Part shown: in pieces, positions 9,511-17,114 of the stretch | Position numbering within the stretch: position 1 is the first letter of the stretch | Layout: the number at the start of each line of letters is the position of its first letter | NCBI GenBank assembly: GCA_032128115.1 | Contig: JAQBHB010000085.1 | Span: 1 to 29,806 of the forward strand | Origin: Deltaproteobacteria bacterium | GTDB lineage: Bacteria > Myxococcota_A > UBA9160 > SMWR01 | Length of the DNA stretch: 29,806 nt | Direction of reading: 5' to 3' | The notes under the pieces: generated by a model | What the model was told of the DNA's origin: nothing | The model's database searches: none | The model's input: only the letters and a program-made list of their open reading frames with translations | Program-made: the position numbers and the translations under genes

Positions 9511-10661
9511 GCGAGAGCATCCGTGACAAGACGGCGGTCGTGGGTGTGGGCGCGTGTCAGTTTGGAGAGAACTGGGACAAGTCGCGCGAGGACATGATCG
9601 TCGAGGCCTCGTACGAGGCCTACGAGGATGCCGGCATCGACAACCCCCAGGCCCAGATCGACGCGGTCTTCGCCGGCGCGGTCTACCCGCGAGAAGGCAG
9701 CGCCGAAATCGCCGAGGCCCTCAAGATCTTCGGTAAGCCCGTGAGCGTGATTTCGGACTATTGCCAGACTGGAACCGACGCCTTCCGATTCGCCGTGGCC
9801 TCGGTGGCCAGCGGAATGCACGACACGGTGCTGGTGGTGGGCTTCGACAAACCCAAGGACCGGGGGGTATCGGGTCCGTCGGTCTCCTTCGATCGGGTGC
9901 GCGGCCTCCCTTCCACGCCTGCGGGCTGGTTCTCGCTGTGCGCCGCGCGCTACTTCGAGACCTTCGGCGCCGGACGCGAGGACCTGGCCAGGATCGCCGT
10001 CAAGAATCACCACAACGGAACCCTGGCGCCGAAGTCCATGATCAAGCGGGAGATCACCGTGGACGACGTCCTCAACGCCCGCATCATCTCCTGGCCGTTT
10101 GGTCTCTACGACACGGCGGCCCAGTCCGATGGAGCTGCCGCAGCCATCGTGACCCGCGCCGACCTGGCGAAGAACTACCGCGACGACTACGTGCTGGTGA
10201 AGGCCGTGGCGATTGCCGTGGCCGAGCACCCGCAGCGGGATCCGGACTTCGACTTCCTGAGGTGGAAGCCCACGATCTATGCCGCCAAGGAGGCCTACGC
10301 CCAGGCGGGAATCAGCGAACCCTTCAAGGAGCTCGACGTGGTGCAGCTGCACGACTGCTTCACCCTGACCGAGTTGCTGAGCTACGAGGATCTGGGCCTG
10401 TGCAAGAAGGGGGAAGCCAAGGACCACGTGGCATCCGGAACGTTCACGCTGGAAGGCGAGCTGCCCGTGAACACCGATGGCGGCCTCAAGAGCTTCGGCC
10501 ACCCCACAGGGGCCACCGGCGTGCGCATGATCTACGAGAACACCCTGCAGCTCCAGGGGCGCGCCGGGCCGCGCCAGGTAAAAAACGCGACGCTGGCGTT
10601 GAGCCACAACATCGGTGGCCCGCCCACCACCTGCGGCATCGCGATCCTGGGCACTCCCTAG
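9507..10661 (+). CDS. Thiolase (acetyl-CoA acyltransferase, SCP2/archaeal-type)
   Basis: ATG 9507 overlaps the upstream stop (ATGA). Motifs YCQTG (active Cys), IAVKNHHNG, SDGAAA, LHDCFT, GHPTGATG, HNIGG. 384 aa. Confidence 0.94.
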   Translation: MSESIRDKTAVVGVGACQFGENWDKSREDMIVEASYEAYEDAGIDNPQAQIDAVFAGAVYPREGSAEIAEALKIFGKPVSVISDYCQTGTDAFRFAVASVASGMHDTVLVVGFDKPKDRGVSGPSVSFDRVRGLPSTPAGWFSLCAARYFETFGAGREDLARIAVKNHHNGTLAPKSMIKREITVDDVLNARIISWPFGLYDTAAQSDGAAAAIVTRADLAKNYRDDYVLVKAVAIAVAEHPQRDPDFDFLRWKPTIYAAKEAYAQAGISEPFKELDVVQLHDCFTLTELLSYEDLGLCKKGEAKDHVASGTFTLEGELPVNTDGGLKSFGHPTGATGVRMIYENTLQLQGRAGPRQVKNATLALSHNIGGPPTTCGIAILGTP

Positions 10662-11002
10662 GGCGTGCCGCGGGCGGAGTTCCGGCTGGCGCGCAGGGCA
10701 CCGGCTCCCTCGATCACCTCCCGCGCGCTCTTGCCGTCGAGGAAGGCTCTCACTTGCTGGTCGACGTGTTCTCCCGTAACGGCGGAGCCGAAGGCCAGAC
10801 TGTGACCCAGCGCATCGGCCACCACCATCCGGATCGCGTCCTGAAGTTTCTCGCGCTCGGCGGCGTCGAGATCGCGCTCGATCCGCTCGATCGAGACCCG
10901 GGCGGCCTCGGGGCTCGAGCCGTCGATGGACTCGGCACAGGCGGCCATGGGCAGGCACAGCAGCGCGCAGGCCAGGGACCGGCGGAGCCGGAGGTCGTTC
11001 AT
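10658..11002 (-). CDS. Small lipoprotein (resembles the DUF6694 family)
   Basis: Basic N-terminus, hydrophobic core and lipobox-like MAAC, then IDGSS...LDGKSAREVI. GAGGT RBS upstream. The family assignment is from memory of the pattern. Confidence 0.7.
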   Translation of the reverse strand: MNDLRLRRSLACALLCLPMAACAESIDGSSPEAARVSIERIERDLDAAEREKLQDAIRMVVADALGHSLAFGSAVTGEHVDQQVRAFLDGKSAREVIEGAGALRASRNSARGTP

Positions 11003-11115
11003 ACGGGGGTTACCTCACCGTCCTCATCGGTCCGCGCGAGCCTCGAAATGGTGGCCCGAATCACGCACCCGGTCGTGTCCCAGCAATCGGCACGCCCCCT
11101 CCCGGGAGGGACCCG

Positions 11116-13037
11116 GTGAGGTCGGCCGTGCGCCGCGCTGCCCTCCGTCCCTGGATCGCCTGCCTCCTCGCCGGCGCCCTCGGTCTCGCCCTGGTCCTGC
11201 GACACGAGGTGCGGCAACGGTATCTCGAACTGCCGTTCCGCCCGCCTTCCCTGCCCGCCCGGCTGATCGAGTTACCGAGCCTGCCCGCTGCGCCGGGCCA
11301 GCTGTCTGGACGCAACCTGCTGCTGGTGACCCTGGACACGACCCGCCTGGACCGGATCGGTGTCTTCGGGAACCGAGACATCCAATCACCCAACCTCGAC
11401 CGGCTGGCTCTCGAGGGCGTGGTCTTCTCCCAGGCCCTGGCCACCGCGCCCACGACGCTCCCCAGCCACGCGTCGATCTTCACCGGGCTGTACCCGCCGC
11501 GACACGGGGCGCGGGCCAACGGAGTCTTCTCCCTGTCGCGCGACCCTCGGACCCTGGCCGAGTCCCTGTCGGCCGAGGGCTACGTCACGGCCGCGGTGGT
11601 GTCCTCGTTCGTATTGAACTCCAAGTTCGGCCTGGCCCGCGGCTTCGACCTCTACGACGATGAAACCGAACTCGACGTGCCCCGAGAGCGACTTCGCGAT
11701 CCGGAACGCCCTGCCGACCAGACCACGGACCGCGCGCTCGAGTGGATCGGCTCGCAGACGCGCGCGCCCCCTTCTTCCTCTGGGTCCATTACTACGATCC
11801 CCATGCGGAGTATCAGCCACCCTCGCCCTTCGACGAGCGCTATCGAGACAACCTCTACGACGGCGAGATCGCATTCGTGGATGCGCAGCTGGGCCGTCTA
11901 CTGCGCGGCCTCGAGGAGCTGGATCGCGCAGAAGACACCCTGGTCGCCGTGGTCGCGGACCACGGCGAGAGCTTGGGGGACCACGGCGAGGCGACACACG
12001 GCTTCCTCCTGCACGAGGCAACCCAGCGCGTGCCCCTGGTGCTCCATGGCGCGGGTCTGCGGGGGGGCGTGCACGTAACCGAACGCGTCTCGCAGGTGGA
12101 TCTGATGCCTACCCTCCTGTCTCTGCTTGGCGCCCCCGTTCCGAAGGGACTCGATGGACGAGACCTGACCCAGCCGGCCGAACCCCTTCGCGAGGTGTAC
12201 ACCGAAACCCTTCAGGGGAGCATCGAATACGGTTGGGCGCCACTGCGCGCGCTCTATCTGGGCAAGCACAAGTACATCGCGGGACCGTATCCGGAGCTCT
12301 ACGACCTGGAGCGCGATCCCCTGGAACAGCGAAACCTGTACACGAGCCAACCTGCGCTGGCGAAGCCACTGGCTGCGCAGCTCGAGGCACGGTCTGCCAG
12401 TGATCCCGAGATTCCCGATACCCGGATGCAACTCGATGCCGAGGAGATGGCCCGGCTCGAGTCGCTGGGCTATCGGGTCGGCACCTCCAATTCCCCCGGA
12501 ACCCACGCCTCGCGAGTGAACCCCAAAAGCATGCTTCCAGTTCTGTGGCGCGTGCAGTCCCTGGCCCTGCAGGCGGGATCCGAGATCCCGACTTCGGAGG
12601 CGATCGCCGCCCTCGAGGAGATCACCCGCACCCACACCGATTTCGTGCCCGCGGCCTCCCTGCTCGCGGACCTGCAGCGCGAGCAGGGAGATCGCGAGGC
12701 CGCCGAAGCAACCCTGCGACGGGTCCTGCAGGCCTCGGGCCGTGCCCCCGCCACCGTCATCCAGCTCGCGAATCTGCTCGCGGAACGCGGTGCCCACGAG
12801 GAGGCCATCTCGCAGCTGTCGGCACTCGTCCGCAGCCAGCCGCAGCGCTTCGATGCGCGCTACCACCTGGGCTTGTTGCTGATCGCGCGCGGTCGCTACG
12901 CCGAAGCGGCCGACCACCTGCGGGCCGCCTACGACATCAACCCCAACGACGCGAGCCTGCACGCGCCGTTTCGCCAGGCCATGCGGCGCTCCGGGCGCGG
13001 CGCCGAGTTCCGGGCCCTGGTGCGATCGGAGCGCTGA
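11116..13037 (+). pseudogene. Membrane-anchored sulfatase-like hydrolase with C-terminal TPR repeats, split by one frameshift near 11743-11771 (real or sequencing error)
   Basis: Frame of 11116 gives the TM anchor, NLLLVTLDTTRLD, TLPSHASIFTGLYP, GFDLYDD and TTDRALEW. Frame of 11742 continues with PFFLWVHYYDPH, YDGEIAFVD, ADHGESLGDHGE, VSQVDLMPTLL, ELYDLERDP, LESLGY and TPR-like helices. Joined length is about 640 aa. Confidence 0.88.
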
Positions 13038-13071
13038 ATCGGGAGTCTGGGTCCCGCGGTAGAGTCGAGAA

Positions 13072-13100
13072 TTGCGAAGGCCCCGGTCCTCGGGAATAAT
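13072..13100 (+). promoter_or_regulatory. Putative sigma70-type promoter for the operon starting at 13140
   Basis: TTGCGA (13072-13077), 17-nt spacer, AATAAT (13095-13100), then AGGAG RBS before GTG 13140. Confidence 0.6.
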
Positions 13101-13139
13101 GCGATCTCTCCCGCCGCCGCCGCCTCCAGGAGCCGTACC

Positions 13140-14330
13140 GTGGATCTTCGCTACTCGGAATCGGACGAGAAGTTCCGCGTGGAGCTGCGTTCGTGGCTGG
13201 CGGAAGCGGTTCCCTCCCACGGCGACGCCCCCCCCCGCCACGACTGGCTCGCCCGACGCGAGTACGATGCGGGTTGGCAGCGCAAGCTCTTCGAGGCCGG
13301 TTACGCCGGCCTGCACTGGCCGAAGGAATACGGCGGCCGCGACGCCCTACCCACCGAACAACTCGTCTACTACGAAGAGATCGCGCGGGCCCATGCGCCA
13401 TACGTGGGCATCAACTTCGTGGGCCTGCTCCACGGCGGACCCACCCTGATCGTCGAGGGCACACCCGAGCAGCGCAAGCGTCACGTGCCCCACATCTTGA
13501 AGGGCGAGCAGATCTGGTGTCAGGGATTTTCGGAGCCCGAGGCCGGTTCGGATCTGGCGAGCCTGCGCACCCGCGCCGAGCGCGATGGCGATCACTACGT
13601 GGTGAGCGGCCACAAGATCTGGACCAGCTTCGCCCAGGTGGCCGACTACTGCGAGCTGTTGGTGCGCACCGACCCGGACGCGCGAAAGCACAAGGGAATC
13701 AGCTGGCTCATCATGCCCATGGATCTGCCCGGCATCGAGATCCGCCCGCTCCAGACCATCGCTGGCGAGGGCGAGTTCAGCGAGCTCTTCCTGGAAGAGG
13801 TGCGCATCCCCATCGAGAATCGAGTGGGTGAAGAAAACGACGGCTGGCGTGTCACCAACGTGACGCTCCGCTTCGAACGTGGAACTGCGTTCGTGAGTGA
13901 GATGTATCAGCTGCAGGAGCACCTGGCCGAGATCGTGAAGGTGGCCGCAAGGGTGACCCGGCACGACGCCAGCGCCTGGGACGATGCCGCGCTTCGCAAG
14001 GAGGTGGGGCACCTGCAGGCCGATCTCGACGCCCTGTGGAGCATGGTGAAGATCTCGGTCTCCGAAGCCAGCGACTCGGGCGTTCCCGACATGGGCCGGT
14101 CGGCGGCGGTCAAGCTCTTCTACACCGAACTCGCCCAGCGAATCGCCGACGTGGCCATGCGGGTGCTCGGCCGCGCGGGCCTGTCTCGGTCGGACGTGGC
14201 CGAGCTCCCCAGTGAACGCTTCCTGGCAAAGGTGCTGATGTCCCTCAATCTCACCATCGCCGCAGGCACGTCCCAGATCCAACGCAACATCCTCTCCGAG
14301 CGCATTCTCGGGCTGCCTCGAGAGCGCTGA
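13140..14330 (+). CDS. Acyl-CoA dehydrogenase, long subunit of a probable heteromeric pair
   Basis: WPKEYGGR, WCQGFSEPEAGSDLASL, GHKIWTS, KHKGIS, TLRFER, TIAAGTSQIQRNILSERILGLPR. 396 aa. Confidence 0.95.
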   Translation: MDLRYSESDEKFRVELRSWLAEAVPSHGDAPPRHDWLARREYDAGWQRKLFEAGYAGLHWPKEYGGRDALPTEQLVYYEEIARAHAPYVGINFVGLLHGGPTLIVEGTPEQRKRHVPHILKGEQIWCQGFSEPEAGSDLASLRTRAERDGDHYVVSGHKIWTSFAQVADYCELLVRTDPDARKHKGISWLIMPMDLPGIEIRPLQTIAGEGEFSELFLEEVRIPIENRVGEENDGWRVTNVTLRFERGTAFVSEMYQLQEHLAEIVKVAARVTRHDASAWDDAALRKEVGHLQADLDALWSMVKISVSEASDSGVPDMGRSAAVKLFYTELAQRIADVAMRVLGRAGLSRSDVAELPSERFLAKVLMSLNLTIAAGTSQIQRNILSERILGLPRER

Positions 14331-14349
14331 AGGCGAGTTCGGAACCGAA

Positions 14350-15333
14350 ATGGATTTTCGAGTCAGCCCGGATCAGCAGGCACTGCAGGAAGGCATCCGG
14401 TCCTTCTGCGAAGGGCGTGTGTCCATCGATCACCTGCGGGAGCTCGAGACCCGGGACGCCTTTGACCGCGACCTGTGGAACGAGCTGGCCGAGATGGGGA
14501 TCTTCCAGCTTCGACAGCCCGAAGCTGCTGGCGGCGTGGGCCTGGGCACCGCCGACGCGGTGCTCGTGTTCGAGGAGCTGGGCCGCGCGCTGGTACCGGG
14601 CCCACTGGTTTGGAGTCATCTGGCCGCCGGCATCATCGACGGCGCCGCCACCGGCGGGACCGTAGTGGGCGGGCTCGACCTGATCGGCGCCGGATCGAAC
14701 CCCCACCTTGTGGCGCATTGGAATCACCTGGACGCGCTGTTGCTGCTTCGCCCCGAAGGCGTCTTTCGCGCGGACCCGAAAGCGCTGACGGCCGAGCCGG
14801 TGGCCGTTCCCCTCGATCCGCTCACACCCCTGCACCACGTGACCGACCTGCCCGGCGGCGAGCGCCTGGCGGGACCCGATGAGGCCCGTCGCCTGTGGCT
14901 CGACGGCGCCGCACTCGTTTCGGGCCAGCTGCTTGGCATTGCCGAGGCCACTCTCACGTTGGCCCTCGATTACGCCAAGAAGCGCGAGCAGTTCGGGCGC
15001 GCCATCGGTTCGTTCCAGGCCATCAAGCACCTGTTGGCCGACATGTTCGTACGACAGGAGGTGGCCCGCGCGGGCGCCTACGCCGGAGGCGCCACCCTGG
15101 ATCATCCCGAGGTGGGCGACGTGGAGCGTGCCGTGTCCGGCGCCAAGGTGACCAGCGGCGAGTCTGCTCTCAAGAACGCCAAGACCTGCATCCAGGTGCA
15201 TGGCGGCATGGGCTACACCTGGGAGGTGCCGGCCCATTACTATCTGAAGCGCGCCTGGGTCCTGGAAACGATCTTCGGCACCCCGGAAGAACACAGCAGC
15301 CACCTGGCCGATCGCATCGCCACCGGCGACTAG
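14350..15333 (+). CDS. Acyl-CoA dehydrogenase, short subunit of a probable heteromeric pair
   Basis: 327 aa. EELGRALVPGP, YAKKREQFGRAIGSFQAIKHLLADM, QVHGGMGYTWE. It lacks the SEPxxGSD segment and directly follows the long ACAD. Confidence 0.93.
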   Translation: MDFRVSPDQQALQEGIRSFCEGRVSIDHLRELETRDAFDRDLWNELAEMGIFQLRQPEAAGGVGLGTADAVLVFEELGRALVPGPLVWSHLAAGIIDGAATGGTVVGGLDLIGAGSNPHLVAHWNHLDALLLLRPEGVFRADPKALTAEPVAVPLDPLTPLHHVTDLPGGERLAGPDEARRLWLDGAALVSGQLLGIAEATLTLALDYAKKREQFGRAIGSFQAIKHLLADMFVRQEVARAGAYAGGATLDHPEVGDVERAVSGAKVTSGESALKNAKTCIQVHGGMGYTWEVPAHYYLKRAWVLETIFGTPEEHSSHLADRIATGD

Positions 15334-15337
15334 CGCA

Positions 15338-16147
15338 ATGGCATCCCACATCGATGCCGAAAGCCCGCCGCTTCTCGTGGAGCGGATGGGTGCCGTCGAA
15401 ACCTTCGTCATCAACGATCCACCGCGAAACCGGATGGGGCTCGACTTCATGGACGCCCTGGAAGTCGAGGTGGAACGAGCCGCCGGGGATTCCGGAGTTC
15501 GAGTTCTCTTGATTCGCGGTGCGGGCGACGAGCACTTCTCGGTGGGGATGGACCTGAAACAGCTCCCCGCCGGCGTGGCACGCATGGGAAGCCTCGAGGC
15601 GATCTTCGACCAGCGCCTGCGTGTCCTGGAAGCCCTCGAGAATCTCCCCAAGCCCGTCATCGCCGTTCTCAATGGCTACTGCCTGGGCGGTGGACTCGAG
15701 CTGCCACTCGCCTGCCATTTTCGACTCGCGGCGGCCGAGGGCGCGAAGATCGGGCTGCCCGAGCTCGACCTGGGAACCGTGCCCGCCTGGGGTGGCACGG
15801 CACGCCTGACCCGCTGCGTGGGGCGCAACCACGCCCTGGACCTGATCCTGCGCGCGAAGAAGATCTCGGGTCCGGAAGCCCTGCGAATCGGTCTGGTGCA
15901 CCAGGTCTGGCCCCTCGCCGAACTGTTCCAACGCGCCCAGGACCTGGCCAGCGAGCTTGCCGCCATGCCGGCCATCGCCGTGGCGGGTGTGCTCCGTTGT
16001 GTGGTGGGGGCCGGGGAAAAGACACTTGCCCAGGGCATCGCCGAGGAACGCAAGGCAGTGCTCGCGACCCTGGGCACGCCGGATCAGCGCGAAGGCATCC
16101 AGGCCTTCCTCGAGAAACGAAAGCCCCACTTCAACCGCGAGAACTGA
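15338..16147 (+). CDS. Enoyl-CoA hydratase (crotonase)
   Basis: FSVGMDL, PKPVIAVLNGYCLGGGLEL and GLPELDLGTVPAWGG (both catalytic Glu present), EGIQAFLEKRKPHF. 269 aa. Confidence 0.95.
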   Translation: MASHIDAESPPLLVERMGAVETFVINDPPRNRMGLDFMDALEVEVERAAGDSGVRVLLIRGAGDEHFSVGMDLKQLPAGVARMGSLEAIFDQRLRVLEALENLPKPVIAVLNGYCLGGGLELPLACHFRLAAAEGAKIGLPELDLGTVPAWGGTARLTRCVGRNHALDLILRAKKISGPEALRIGLVHQVWPLAELFQRAQDLASELAAMPAIAVAGVLRCVVGAGEKTLAQGIAEERKAVLATLGTPDQREGIQAFLEKRKPHFNREN

Positions 16148-16159
16148 GTAGGGACCCCC

Positions 16160-16618
16160 ATGACCCTGAATCTGACCGAGCTGATTCCCGAACATTTCCA
16201 GCGCTACTTCGCATTCTTCGGCCCCGGCCACCGGGAGGGCGTGGTCCCCTGCCGAATCAAGGAACTGGCGCGGCTCAAGGTGGCGGCCCTCAACGACTGC
16301 GACACCTGACTGTTCGCTCGTTACGCGTCGGCGACGCGTCAGGGACTCGACGAAGAGATCATCCGCCAGATCCACCTGCCGGAAGCGGAGCGCCGCCTCG
16401 AGCCCCGAGAGGCCCTGGCAATCCGCTTCGCGGAGAAGCTCGCCTGCGATTTCCGCACGGTGGATGCCGGCTTCAAGGTCGAACTTCGCGAGCACTTCCG
16501 GGATGAGGAGATCGCCGAGCTGGGCCTGATGATCGGCCAGTACATTGCACTCGGCCGGCTGCTGGTGATCGCCGGCGCGCACAAGGCGGCCTGCGAGATC
16601 TACGTCCCGAGCTATTAG
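16160..16618 (+). CDS. AhpD/carboxymuconolactone decarboxylase-family protein, probable selenoprotein (CxxU, Sec at codon 50)
   Basis: Not in the ORF track. ATG 16160 to TAG 16618 is 152 codons with a single in-frame TGA at 16307-16309: MTLNLTELIPEHFQRYFAFFGPGHREGVVPCRIKELARLKVAALNDCDT-U-LFARYASATRQGLDEEII...PREALAIRFAEKLACDFRTVDAGFKVELREHFRDEEIAELGLMIGQYIALGRLL. Both halves match the AhpD-like pattern (KELARLxVAxxNxCxxC; ExxAxxFAE; LREHFxDEEIxEL). Confidence 0.9.
16310..16342 (+). promoter_or_regulatory. Candidate bacterial SECIS element
   Basis: Perfect 7-bp stem ACGCGTC (16323-16329) / GACGCGT (16333-16339) with a G-starting loop GGC, 20 nt after the in-frame TGA. Confidence 0.65.
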
Positions 16619-16715
16619 GACCCGCCTCGCACCGGAACTGACCCCATCCCGATGCGGGAGGCCGGCGATTGGCAGGGCGTGGAGCGATTGTGCGAAGCTG
16701 CCTGGGGATGAAGCC

Positions 16716-17114
16716 ATGAGACGAGTCGCCCTCATTGCAGCATGCGTCGGCCTCCTGGCGGCGCCGGCCCTGGCGCGAGCGGAGACCCCCGCGGAAGCCC
16801 CCAGCATCACACCCACCGAGCTGAATGAACACCGAGAGGCCGGAACGGGCCCGGCCATCGTCGACGTGCGAAGCGCGGCGGAGTACGAATCCGGCCACAT
16901 CCCGGGGGCGGTGAACATCCCCTACGATCGAATCGCAGATCGGATCGGGGAAGTCGACACGTCTCACGGGGTCGCGCTCTACTGCCAGATGGGTCCCCGC
17001 GCGCGCATGGGCGAAGCCGCGCTTCTGGAATCGGGTCTTGACTCGGTGCTGCATCTCGAGGGCGGCCTGTCGGCCTGGCAGGCGAAAGGCTTTCCCGTCG
17101 ACACGGGACCCTGA
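16716..17114 (+). CDS. Exported single-domain rhodanese (PspE-like sulfurtransferase)
   Basis: Signal peptide MRRVALIAACVGLLAAPALARA; IVDVRSAAEYESGHIPGAVNIP, active loop YCQMGPRA, LEGGLSAW. Confidence 0.93.
   Translation: MRRVALIAACVGLLAAPALARAETPAEAPSITPTELNEHREAGTGPAIVDVRSAAEYESGHIPGAVNIPYDRIADRIGEVDTSHGVALYCQMGPRARMGEAALLESGLDSVLHLEGGLSAWQAKGFPVDTGP

Noticed and set aside
11052..11067. Sigma54-like TGGCCCGAATCACGCA upstream of the sulfatase-like gene
   Set aside because: GG-N10-GC spacing fits, but the TTGC element is degenerate (ACGC) and no activator is nearby.
13228..13236. C9 homopolymer near the 5' end of the ACAD gene as a phase-variation tract
   Set aside because: The frame is intact, it encodes Ala-Pro-Pro-Arg in a normally Pro-rich loop, and a cytoplasmic ACAD is an unlikely target.
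16145..16162. Crotonase TGA stop is in frame with the selenoprotein ATG, suggesting a read-through fusion
   Set aside because: The crotonase ends at its normal C-terminus (KPHF..), the position is not a Cys site, and in-frame spacing occurs by chance one time in three.
16624..16662. Imperfect hairpin (GCCTCGCA...TGCGGGAGGC) after the selenoprotein gene
   Set aside because: Bulged, no U-tract, and unremarkable at this GC content. Cannot be called a terminator or ncRNA.
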